Below, in pieces: positions 1-9,689 of a stretch of DNA of 19,675 nucleotides. The notes below the pieces were generated by a model, which made no database searches, was not told the origin of the DNA, and saw nothing but the letters and a program-made list of their open reading frames with translations. The stretch is from an uncultured bacterium. Lineage in GTDB: Bacteria > Lernaellota > Lernaellaia > Lernaellales > Lernaellaceae. The DNA lies in the NCBI GenBank assembly GCA_964534375.1, contig CAZHPN010000114.1:1-19675 (forward strand). The letters run 5' to 3'. Both the position numbers and the translations under genes were made by a program. How positions within the stretch are numbered: the stretch's first letter is position 1; each line of letters opens with the position of its first letter.

Positions 1-1901
<1,901 letters not shown>

Positions 1902-1945
1902 CCGACTCGCAGTCGGCGTCCGTCGAATTGAATTGACGCGTTCCG

Positions 1946-1996
1946 GGCGGCGCATTTCCGATCACAGAAACGAGGTCGGAGGTGCGCCGCCTTTTT
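1946..1996 (+). terminator. Probable intrinsic terminator of eno
   Basis: ggcggcgcatttccgatc (1946-1963) pairs with ggtcggaggtgcgccgcc (1974-1991), allowing G:U, and is followed directly by TTTTT (1992-1996). Confidence 0.7.
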
Positions 1997-2131
1997 CACG
2001 AGCACACCTTTGCCGCAACGACAAAAGTGTGCCACCCAGTAGCCGGGTCTTGTTAACAGCCGTCTCACGGAAAGAGCGTACGGGGTGGCACACTTCCGAC
2101 CGAGCATCGAGGTCGGAGGCGCGCGCTGCCT
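1946..2131. repeat. Cluster of three related REP-like hairpins
   Basis: Hairpins at 1946-1991, 2002-2032 and 2083-2131. Perfect 13-bp inverted pair aagtgtgccaccc (2025-2037) / gggtggcacactt (2083-2095). Direct repeat gaggtcggaggYgcgc at 1972 and 2109. Confidence 0.65.
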
Positions 2132-2222
2132 CTCGGCCTTTCAGTCCCTCGTCTCCCAGCCTGCCAGCCTGCCGGCCTCCCGGTCTCTCAGTCTCCCAGT
2201 CTCCCAGTCGCCCAGTCTCCCC
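2128..2222. repeat. Degenerate 8-mer tandem repeat (consensus GTCTCCCA), about 12 units
   Basis: Units gtctccca, gcctgcca, gcctgccg, gcctcccg, gtctctca, gtctccca, gtctccca, gtcgccca, gtctcccc in exact 8-bp register over 2151-2222, with three more degenerate units upstream. Confidence 0.85.
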
Positions 2223-2294
2223 TCCTCGCGATTGTCGAAATCGCGTGTCGGCGCCATACTCGCCGTCGTTGACCAACCTGTCTGCGGAGAAGCG

Positions 2295-2627
2295 ATGAAA
2301 CGATGGCTGGCGCTCGGTTTGCTGGCGGCGGTGCTGGCGGCCGGCTGCGCGTATTACCAAAAGCAGGCTATGCCGAAAGACCTGTACACGGCGCCGCAGA
2401 TGGAAGCGAAGGGGCTCACCCGCGGCGAGCACATCGTCAAAACGCGCTACGGCTTCCGGTTGTTCACGATTCCGATCAGCGTCCCCGAGCCGAACGAGAT
2501 GATCGCCAACGCGATCCAGGAATACAAAGGCGTGGGGATCACCGACGTCGAAGTCGAATTCAGCGAATTCAACGTTTTCCTCTTCGGCATCCCGAAACTG
2601 CGGGTGTCCGGCGACATCGTGAAGTAG
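2295..2627 (+). CDS. Small hypothetical lipoprotein (paralog A)
   Basis: RBS GGAG, then MKRWLALGLLAAVLAAG-C with a canonical lipobox. Clearly paralogous to the next gene. Confidence 0.85.
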   Translation: MKRWLALGLLAAVLAAGCAYYQKQAMPKDLYTAPQMEAKGLTRGEHIVKTRYGFRLFTIPISVPEPNEMIANAIQEYKGVGITDVEVEFSEFNVFLFGIPKLRVSGDIVK

Positions 2628-2634
2628 GCGGCGG

Positions 2635-3105
2635 ATGCGGGGCGTCGTCGCGGTTTTCGCTCTGCTGCTCGCGGCGCCGGCCTGCTCCTATTACGGTTTG
2701 CAGACGATGCCGGCGGACGTGTACACGGCCTCCGATCTCGCCGGCGGCGCCTACCGCGTGGGCGAGCCGATTCGCGTCAGCCGTTACGGCTTTCGGCTGT
2801 TCACGATTCCGATCTCCGTGCCCGATCCGTTGCCGATGATGGCGGCGCGGATTCGGCAAAACCACGCGGTCGGCCTGACCGACGTCGATGTCGATTTCTC
2901 CGAGTTCGGCGGCGGCGGGCAATTGCCGCTCGGCTGGGGCGGCATCCTCGAGTTTTTGTTTCAGGTCCCGAAGGTCACGGTGACCGCGCGGCTGGTGTAC
3001 AAAAACGACGCGGCCCCGCCGGCCGCCGCGCCGGCCGAATGCGCGCCGCCGGCGAAAGCGCCGCCGGAAAAGGCGCCCGCGGAAAAAACGCCGGACAATC
3101 CTTGA
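2635..3105 (+). CDS. Small hypothetical lipoprotein (paralog B) with Pro/Ala/Lys-rich tail
   Basis: Signal peptide ending AAPA-C. Shares RYGFRLFTIPISVP and VG[IL]TDV[ED]V[ED]FSEF with the upstream gene, 7 bp downstream of it. Confidence 0.85.
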   Translation: MRGVVAVFALLLAAPACSYYGLQTMPADVYTASDLAGGAYRVGEPIRVSRYGFRLFTIPISVPDPLPMMAARIRQNHAVGLTDVDVDFSEFGGGGQLPLGWGGILEFLFQVPKVTVTARLVYKNDAAPPAAAPAECAPPAKAPPEKAPAEKTPDNP

Positions 3106-3158
3106 CGGCGCCCGTGCGTTTTTGTTATTGATAGTTAGTTTTAAACCGGAGGTGACCG

Positions 3159-3461
3159 ATGAAAAAGATCGCTTTGCTCTGCGCGTTGGCGCTGGTGCTG
3201 TCGTTCGTGCAATTGGCCGCCGCCGGCGAATCGCAGACCGTCGATATCTTGATCAGCAAGTTGGAGAAGAATTTCGCGGTGAAAACCAACTGGGGCAACA
3301 TTTACTTCAACGAGCGCGACTTGCACCGCCTGATCCACGGCGCGGCGTATCTGCGGCCCGTGATGCTGGGCGAGTTCTTGAGCGACACCGGCTCGCGGCT
3401 GATGGTCAAGACCGTCGGCTACGACAAGGGCGTCGTCACGCTGTCGATGAGTCCGAAGTAG
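3159..3461 (+). CDS. Small secreted hypothetical protein
   Basis: Strong RBS GGAGGT, Sec signal peptide MKKIALLCALALVLSFVQLAAA, GC3-rich codon usage. Confidence 0.8.
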   Translation: MKKIALLCALALVLSFVQLAAAGESQTVDILISKLEKNFAVKTNWGNIYFNERDLHRLIHGAAYLRPVMLGEFLSDTGSRLMVKTVGYDKGVVTLSMSPK

Positions 3462-3553
3462 CTTCGAGTCTGCCGCCAGGCAGTTTTTCAGAAGTTTCCG
3501 AACGAATGCGCGTGTCGGCGCGGCCGGGCCGTAGGCGCGCGCTTGCCCCGACG

Positions 3554-3650
3554 GACATGGGAATCATGGGAAGTCTGGGAATTATGGGAGTGGTCGGGGC
3601 GCGCGTTGCATCGGTCTTATAGGTCGGATAGGTCCTATAAGTCCTATTCA
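3554..3650. repeat. Inverted pair of 9-mer tandem arrays (ATGGGA-nnn / nnn-TCCTAT); possible bidirectional terminator or stabiliser
   Basis: Left arm gacatggga atcatggga agtctggga attatggga. Right arm ggtcttat aggtcggat aggtcctat aagtcctat. atggga pairs with tcctat using one G:U. Lies between convergent genes. Confidence 0.7.
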
Positions 3651-5849
3651 TGAATTAGGCGTAATCAAAAACACGGCCGCGCTTTGCGCGGGCACGTTCG
3701 CCAGCCACGAGTCGTTGGCCTGGCGCACCAGCGTCGCGCCGGCGGCGCCGAAGACTTGCACGATCGTGCCGCCGTTCGGGAACGATATCGCCAGATCGCG
3801 GTCTTGGAAATTGAACGACGTCGGCGTGAGGCTCCACGCAAAGATCGCGACCAGCCGCGCGTTGCCCTGTTCGCGCACCCACACCAGCGGCGGCGCATTG
3901 GCGAGGCCCAGGAGGTCGTCCACGAGCGTCGGAATCGGGTACGGCACGGCCTCGGAGAGCAAATCGGGCGCCCAGAACCGGCCCTTCGCCGACGTGCGCA
4001 ACGATTCGGATTCCGGCGCGAGCAGCAGGCCAAGGCGTTCCTGGGTCAGTTCGAGCAGGCTGTCGCCCAGCAGCGTCGAACCGCTCATCCAGACCATCGC
4101 CATTTCCACTTCGGCCTGCGCGTCGGACAGCGGCGGGCGGATCACGAGGTTGTCGGGGTCGTAGGCGAACCAGACGCCGTCGGCGAACGCGCGGGCGCCG
4201 TGGAACCGCCCGAGGTTCGCCATCGTCGTGAACACGGGCACGCCGGGGAACGAGCTGACGACGTCCGGCGAGCCGCGCACCGCGTGCACTTCGCCGACCA
4301 CCGGCAGCCACGGCGCGCCGCAGCCGACGATGTAGGAATTCGCGCCCGCGGCGGCGCGCAGCACGGCCATCGCTTTGTGGAACGCTTGCATCGCGGTCGA
4401 GCCGTCGGCGTGCACGGCCTCATAGGCGCCGACGAAGAGGAAGTCGAACTTGAAGTAGGCGAAGCCTTCGGTCGCGCGTTGCGCGACGACGCTCGTCAGG
4501 TGCGCGGCCGCGGCCGGCACGGTGATGTCGAGCACGTAGTACTGCACGCTCGAAAGCGACAGCGGATCCCAGAAGATCACCGGATTTTTTTGCGCGTCGT
4601 AGAGGAACCAGTCCGGATTCTCCGTGACCAACTTGCTGCGCGAATCGACCAGCAGCGGCGCCATCCACACGCCGGGCGTCATGTCGATCGCGCTGATCGC
4701 CTGCGCGACCGGCGCGAGGCCGGCGGGGAAACCGGACGTGTAGCTCGTCCAGTCGCCGGTGAGCGTCTCGTAGCCGGAGTCGATCTGGCAGACGAGATTG
4801 GCGACGTTCGGATACGTCGTCTTCACCTTCGCGCAGTTCTCGATCACCGTGGACGCGTCGATGTTGGAGAAGTAGTAAGACCACGTCGACCAGCCGAACG
4901 GCCGCGGGCGCGTCGGGTCGAGCGGCGGCACTTGCGCCGCGACGGCGTCGGCGTAGGCGCTTTCGTCATACGCCGGCCGGCCGGACAGCATCAACCAAAC
5001 CGGTTCGAGGGTCAGCGTGCCGCCGGCCGCGAGCGCGCGCGCATCGCCGGGCGTGCCCTGCACGACGTCGAAGTGCAGCGCCTGATTCAACTGCGGATAC
5101 CAACTCGCGCCGTAGGTCTTCCAATACTGGGCCGACAACGCGCCCCAGAGCAGCCCGCCGGTGCGGTCGGAGGGGCCGAGCGCGCCGAACCACCACGACA
5201 CGCCCGGGCACGTCGACAAATAGCGATAATCGTCGGCGCACGGAAACGGCGCGCCGTTGACCCACTGCGGCGGCTGCTCGATGTTCTTCATTTTTTCGAC
5301 GCCGGTGAAGGTCCACGAGTCGTGGCCGTTTTGCAGCCAACCCGCGTCGCCGCTCGCGCCGGGCAGCGTCACGCCCGCCTGGTCCGCTTCGGTGCTCGGC
5401 AGCTCGAACCAGTCGACGGTCCACGCGCTGCCGCCGGCCGGCACCGAGAGCGTCGCGCTCAACGTCGCCGCGTTCTGCTCGCTGTTCAGCGAAACGGCAA
5501 TGGCAATGTCGGGCGCAGTGGCGAGGCCCGAGAGCGACCAGAGCCAGCCGTTGCTGGTCTGCGTCGCGGCGCGCGTCGGGTAGTCGGAGGCCTGGACGAT
5601 CAGCGTTTGGCCGTTCGACTCGACCGCCAACTTTACCGTCGCGTTTTTCAGCAAGACGTCGCACGCGACGCTGACGAAATCGAACGTCGTCGCGTCCGCG
5701 GAGAACGACCAATCGCCGTCGCAGACGTCGACCGGCGCGAGATACGGCGCGCCCAAGTGCGCATCGGGGTAAACATGGTATTTTTGGCAGCCGAATAAAC
5801 ACAACACGCCAAACGCCAAAGCCGCAATAGTTATTCGTGAATTTTTCAT
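3648..5849 (-). CDS. Lipoprotein glycoside hydrolase family 36 (alpha-galactosidase-like, clan GH-D)
   Basis: Lipobox LFG-C after MKNSRITIAALAFGVLC. GH36 motifs FGWSTW, QIDSGY, PGVWMAP, YFKFDF (nucleophile), GCGAP and RGSPD (acid/base). The 100-codon extension in the ORF track overlaps the TPR gene and was trimmed. Confidence 0.85.
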   Translation of the reverse strand: MKNSRITIAALAFGVLCLFGCQKYHVYPDAHLGAPYLAPVDVCDGDWSFSADATTFDFVSVACDVLLKNATVKLAVESNGQTLIVQASDYPTRAATQTSNGWLWSLSGLATAPDIAIAVSLNSEQNAATLSATLSVPAGGSAWTVDWFELPSTEADQAGVTLPGASGDAGWLQNGHDSWTFTGVEKMKNIEQPPQWVNGAPFPCADDYRYLSTCPGVSWWFGALGPSDRTGGLLWGALSAQYWKTYGASWYPQLNQALHFDVVQGTPGDARALAAGGTLTLEPVWLMLSGRPAYDESAYADAVAAQVPPLDPTRPRPFGWSTWSYYFSNIDASTVIENCAKVKTTYPNVANLVCQIDSGYETLTGDWTSYTSGFPAGLAPVAQAISAIDMTPGVWMAPLLVDSRSKLVTENPDWFLYDAQKNPVIFWDPLSLSSVQYYVLDITVPAAAAHLTSVVAQRATEGFAYFKFDFLFVGAYEAVHADGSTAMQAFHKAMAVLRAAAGANSYIVGCGAPWLPVVGEVHAVRGSPDVVSSFPGVPVFTTMANLGRFHGARAFADGVWFAYDPDNLVIRPPLSDAQAEVEMAMVWMSGSTLLGDSLLELTQERLGLLLAPESESLRTSAKGRFWAPDLLSEAVPYPIPTLVDDLLGLANAPPLVWVREQGNARLVAIFAWSLTPTSFNFQDRDLAISFPNGGTIVQVFGAAGATLVRQANDSWLANVPAQSAAVFLITPNS

Positions 5850-5968
5850 GCGCGCCACCTTAACAGAAAGAGAGGGAGACGAAAAGAGTAGGGGCCGGCC
5901 CCCGCGCCTGCCCATCTTGCGGGCAACCACGGGGGTTGCCCCTGCGAATTTTTCGACGCCCGCGCCCG

Positions 5969-7162
5969 TCATGGCAGGCTTTTCAGCAGGTTCTCGCCCT
6001 CGGCCGGCCGGCCCGTCACGCGATACACCTCCGCGAGGTTCTTCGCGCACGTCACGGTCGACGGATGCTTCTCGCCCAGCGTCTGGCGATAAATCGCCAA
6101 GGCCCGCTTGAACAACGGCTCGGCCGCGGCGTACCGCAGCCGCGAACAATAGAGCGCGCCGATGTTGTTGTACGACGCCGCGGTGTCCGGATGCATTTCG
6201 CCCAGCGCCTTGAGCCGGATGTCCAGCGCCCGCCGATACAACGGCTCGGCCTGATCGTAACGGGCCGTGAGCCGGTACAACTCGGCGAGATTGTCGAACG
6301 AGGCCGCCGTGTCGGGGTGCTGGTCGCCGAGATCGCGCCGGCGGATTTCCAGCGCCTTCTTGAAGAGCGGCTCGGCCTCGGCGACGCGGCCCGCGGCCAT
6401 ATAGAGCACGCCGAGATTGTTGTCGGGCGTCGCCGTGAAAACGTGATCCTCGCCCAGCGCCTTGCGGTAGATCGCCAGCGCCTCTTTGTAAAGCGGCTCG
6501 GCTTCGGCCGGCCGGCCCGTGGCGCGGAGCAGTTCGGCCAAATCGTTGCAGGCGCTGGCGGTGTCGGCGTGCGCCTCGCCGAGCGTCTTGCGCCGCACGG
6601 CCAGCGCCGTTTTCAGCAGCGGTTCGGCCGGCGCGTAGCGGCCCTGGGCCGTCAGCAGCAGGCCGAGGTTGTTGCTATGGGTCGCCGCGTCCGGCGTGTT
6701 CTCGGCCCGCAGTTGGCGATCGATGTCCAGCGCCTTTTGGTACAGCGGCTCGGCCTCGGCGTAGCGGCCGGCGACGCGGTAGAGTTCGGCCAAATTGTCA
6801 TACGCGGCCGCGGTGTCGGCGGCCCGTTCGCCCAGCGCCTTGCGCCGGATTTCCAGCGCCTTGACGAACAACGGCTCGGCGTCGGCGTAGCGCCCCGCGG
6901 CGCGATCCAGTTCCGCCAGCGCGGTGGCCGACGCCGCCGTGTTCAGATGGCGTTCGCCCCACACCTGCCGCGCCAGGCTCAAGGCCTGCCGCGCCGCCGC
7001 GATGCCCTCGTCGTAGCGGCCGGCGTGATAGGCCTGCCGCGCGCGGTCCGTCAGTTGCCGCCATTGCTCCGCGTCCGTCGTCTGGGCGTAACCGCGCGGC
7101 GAAAGCAGCGCCGCCGCCGCGACAAACACAGCCAACGCGAACAACATTTTTCTTGTCGCCAT
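5969..7162 (-). CDS. Secreted tetratricopeptide-repeat protein (42-aa kinesin-light-chain-type TPRs, about 8-9 repeats)
   Basis: Repeats of the form TAASxxNLAELYxxxGRYxEAEPLxxxALxIRRxxLGExHPD. Signal peptide MATRKMLFALAVFVAAAALLSPRGYA. RBS GAGGT before 7162. Confidence 0.9.
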   Translation of the reverse strand: MATRKMLFALAVFVAAAALLSPRGYAQTTDAEQWRQLTDRARQAYHAGRYDEGIAAARQALSLARQVWGERHLNTAASATALAELDRAAGRYADAEPLFVKALEIRRKALGERAADTAAAYDNLAELYRVAGRYAEAEPLYQKALDIDRQLRAENTPDAATHSNNLGLLLTAQGRYAPAEPLLKTALAVRRKTLGEAHADTASACNDLAELLRATGRPAEAEPLYKEALAIYRKALGEDHVFTATPDNNLGVLYMAAGRVAEAEPLFKKALEIRRRDLGDQHPDTAASFDNLAELYRLTARYDQAEPLYRRALDIRLKALGEMHPDTAASYNNIGALYCSRLRYAAAEPLFKRALAIYRQTLGEKHPSTVTCAKNLAEVYRVTGRPAEGENLLKSLP

Positions 7163-7241
7163 CGCCGACCTCGCGGCCTGCCCGCAATCGTTGACTGTTT
7201 CCGGACGTCGCCGGCCCCGCTCCCCGCCGCCAGCGGAGACG

Positions 7242-7270
7242 ATCATGTCGGAAAAAGGGGGAAACCGCAA
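7242..7270 (-). promoter_or_regulatory. Candidate sigma70 promoter for the TPR gene
   Basis: Minus strand TTGCGG-17 bp-CATGAT, 80 bp upstream of the start codon. Confidence 0.4.
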
Positions 7271-7286
7271 TTGATTGGCCATTTTT

Positions 7287-7356
7287 TTTCACCGCAAAGA
7301 CGCAAAGAGCGCCAAACCGCGCGAAGACCGGCGCAAGGCGTTCGCCACCGGTGAAA
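7287..7356. repeat. Degenerate CGCAAAGA-type short repeat element with inverted ends
   Basis: tttcaccg (7287-7294) and cggtgaaa (7349-7356) are inverted. Internal units cgcaaaga cgcaaaga gcgccaaa cgcgaaga cgcaagg. Confidence 0.5.
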
Positions 7357-7370
7357 GCTTTCTTTTCTGC

Positions 7371-7399
7371 TGGACGCCGGCGGCCGAAAACGATAACTT
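7371..7399 (+). promoter_or_regulatory. Candidate sigma70 promoter for the MBL hydrolase-purB operon
   Basis: TGGACG-17 bp-TAACTT, ending 21 bp before ATG 7421. Confidence 0.4.
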
Positions 7400-7420
7400 G
7401 CCCTCCGACAAACGGAGGGC

Positions 7421-8242
7421 ATGGTGCGCTTCATTTCGCTGGCGAGCGGCAGCAAGGGAAACGCCTATCTGGCGTGCGGCGACGGCGCGAACGTGCTGAT
7501 CGACGCCGGGTTGTCCGCGCGCGAGTTGGAGCGGCGGATTCAACTGGCGGGGCTGTTGCCGTCGCAAATCAGTTTGCTGCTGCTGACCCACGAACACGCG
7601 GACCACATGATGTCGGCGGCGCTGTTGTCGCGCCGGCATGGCTGGCCGGTCGCGGCCACCGAAGGCACGCTGCGCTCGCCGTGCGGGCGGCTCAAGCCCG
7701 TTGCGGACGGCACGGAGCGCATTCAGACGATGCCGGCGGGCAAGAGCCTCACGGTCGGCCGGATGACGATCCGTTCGTTTTCGGTCAGCCACGACGCGGC
7801 CGATCCGGTCGGGTACGTGATTCAGAGCAACGGCTTCCGCGCGGCGGTGGCGACGGATCTGGGCGAGGCGACGCTCGACGTGCTGGCGCGGCTGCACGGC
7901 CTCGATCTGCTCGTGCTGGAAAGCAATCATTGCCCGAAGATGCTCGCCGGCGGGCGCTACCCGGCGTGGCTGAAAAACCGCATCGCGTCGCCGGTCGGGC
8001 ATCTGAGCAACCAGCAGGCGAGCGACGTGACGCGGGCCGTCGCGCACCCGGGCCTGCGGCATCTGCTGCTGGCGCACCTTTCCGAGAACAACAACACGCC
8101 CCGCGCGGCCTACGACAATATGCGCGCGACGCTGGCGGACCTCGGCGCGGCGGCGCAACTGCGCGTCTGCCGCCAGAATCGCGTTGGGACGTGGATCGAT
8201 CTGAACGAGGAGCAAGCGCATGATTCCGAGGTATACGCGTAA
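7421..8242 (+). CDS. MBL-fold metallo-hydrolase, YycJ/WalJ-like putative exonuclease
   Basis: Motifs LASGSKGNA, LIDAG, THEHADH (HxHxDH), SHDAADPVGY, ATDLG, LESNH, GHLSN and LAHLSENNN are typical of the YycJ/WalJ subfamily. RBS GGAGG. Confidence 0.9.
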   Translation: MVRFISLASGSKGNAYLACGDGANVLIDAGLSARELERRIQLAGLLPSQISLLLLTHEHADHMMSAALLSRRHGWPVAATEGTLRSPCGRLKPVADGTERIQTMPAGKSLTVGRMTIRSFSVSHDAADPVGYVIQSNGFRAAVATDLGEATLDVLARLHGLDLLVLESNHCPKMLAGGRYPAWLKNRIASPVGHLSNQQASDVTRAVAHPGLRHLLLAHLSENNNTPRAAYDNMRATLADLGAAAQLRVCRQNRVGTWIDLNEEQAHDSEVYA

Positions 8243-9518
8243 AGAAATGGCGGCGATCTGGAGCGACCAGAACCGCTATCAATGCTGGCTGAACGTCGAA
8301 CTGGCGGCGCTCGAAGCGATGGCCGCGCACGGCCTCGTGCCGGCGGAAGCGGTCGCCGAGGCCAAGGCCAAGGCGAAGTTCGACCCGGAGCAGATCGAGA
8401 AGATCGAAGCGGTCACGCGGCATGACGTCATCGCGTTTCTGACCAACGTCGCGGAACACGTCGGCCCGGCGAGCCGCTACATTCACCTGGGCATGACCTC
8501 GTCGGACGTGCTCGACACCGCGTACAACATGCAGCTCGTGCAGTCCGCCGACCTGCTGCTGGCCGACCTCGACAAGCTGCTCGCCACGCTCAAGCGGCGC
8601 GCCTTCGAGCACAAAGACACCGTGCAGATGGGCCGCAGCCACGGCGTGCACGCCGAGCCGATCACCTTCGGCCTGAAGCTGGCGATCTGGTGGGACGAAA
8701 TGCGCCGCAATCGCGTCCGGCTCGTCGCGGCGCGCGAGGACGTGCGCGTCGGCAAGATCAGCGGCGCAGTCGGCACCTTTGCGCACCTGCCGCCGAGCGT
8801 CGAGGAGCAGGCGCTCGCCGCGCTCGAGATGCAGCCGGCGCCGGCGTCGAGCCAGATCGTGCAGCGCGACCGGCACGCGGCGTTTTTCACGACGCTGGCG
8901 GTGCTCGCCGGCTCGATGGAAAAAATCGCCGTCGAGATTCGCCACCTCCAGCGCACCGAGGTTTACGAGGCCGAGGAGTTTTTCCACAAGGGCCAAAAGG
9001 GTTCGAGCGCGATGCCCCACAAACGCAACCCGGTGCTGTCGGAAAACGTCGCGGGCCTCTGCCGCCTGCTGCGTTCGTACGCGATCGCCGCGCTGGAAAA
9101 CCAGGCGCTCTGGCACGAACGCGACATCAGCCACTCGTCGGCCGAGCGCGTCATCGGGCCGGACGCGACGATCGTCGCCGACTTCGCCCTCGCCCGCATC
9201 GAGGGTCTGCTCGACAAGCTGCTGGTCTACCCGGAAAACATGCTGAAAAATCTGAACCTCACCAGCGGCCTCTACGCCAGCCAGACGCTGCTGCTCGATT
9301 TGGTCCAGGCCGGCCTCACGCGCGAAGACGCTTACAAGATCGTGCAACGCTGCGCCATGCCGGTGTGGGAGCAAGGCAAAGATTTCCTCGCAACGCTGCT
9401 CGCCGATGAAGAACTGCGCAAGTACGTGGACGAAAAGACGATTCGCGACGCGCTCGACGTGAAGCGGCAGCTACGGCACGTCGATTACATTTTCAAGCGG
9501 GTATTTGGGGAAGTTTGA
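8220..9518 (+). CDS. purB: Adenylosuccinate lyase
   Basis: MIPRYT start, TRHDVIAF, HLGMTSSDVLDT, GRSHGVHAEP, GAVGTF, fumarate-lyase signature GSSAMPHKRNP, WHERDISHSS. RBS GAGGAG. Overlaps the upstream gene by 23 nt. Confidence 0.99.
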   Translation: MIPRYTRKEMAAIWSDQNRYQCWLNVELAALEAMAAHGLVPAEAVAEAKAKAKFDPEQIEKIEAVTRHDVIAFLTNVAEHVGPASRYIHLGMTSSDVLDTAYNMQLVQSADLLLADLDKLLATLKRRAFEHKDTVQMGRSHGVHAEPITFGLKLAIWWDEMRRNRVRLVAAREDVRVGKISGAVGTFAHLPPSVEEQALAALEMQPAPASSQIVQRDRHAAFFTTLAVLAGSMEKIAVEIRHLQRTEVYEAEEFFHKGQKGSSAMPHKRNPVLSENVAGLCRLLRSYAIAALENQALWHERDISHSSAERVIGPDATIVADFALARIEGLLDKLLVYPENMLKNLNLTSGLYASQTLLLDLVQAGLTREDAYKIVQRCAMPVWEQGKDFLATLLADEELRKYVDEKTIRDALDVKRQLRHVDYIFKRVFGEV

Positions 9519-9606
9519 ACCACAGAGGCACAGCGGGCACAGAGGAGCACAGAGGATTTAAACATCGATTTCTCTGTGCGTCTCCGTGTTCTCTGGGTCT
9601 CTGTGG
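9515..9606. repeat. CACAGAG/CTCTGTG palindromic tandem-repeat element, copy 1
   Basis: ttgaaccacagaggcacagcgggcacagaggagcacagag, then an AT-rich spacer, then ctctgtgcgtctccgtgttctctgggtctctgtgg. Lies between convergent purB and POT genes. Confidence 0.85.
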
Positions 9607-9689
9607 CGATTATTCATGCTTTTCGGTTGCGGCCGAAGGCCGCGTTGTGCAATCTGCGGATCAACATCACATTTACGCGCACAGCGCGC

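Noticed and set aside
5850..5865. Leaderless transcript for the GH36 gene (TGnTAAGGT 7 nt before ATG)
   Set aside because: The same bases (AAGGTGG) read equally well as a Shine-Dalgarno; cannot be distinguished without TSS data.
9515..9606. Repeat arrays (also 2128-2222, 3554-3650, 11187-11263, 19122-19238) as CRISPR arrays
   Set aside because: Units are 7-9 bp, contiguous, without unique spacers, and no cas genes are present.
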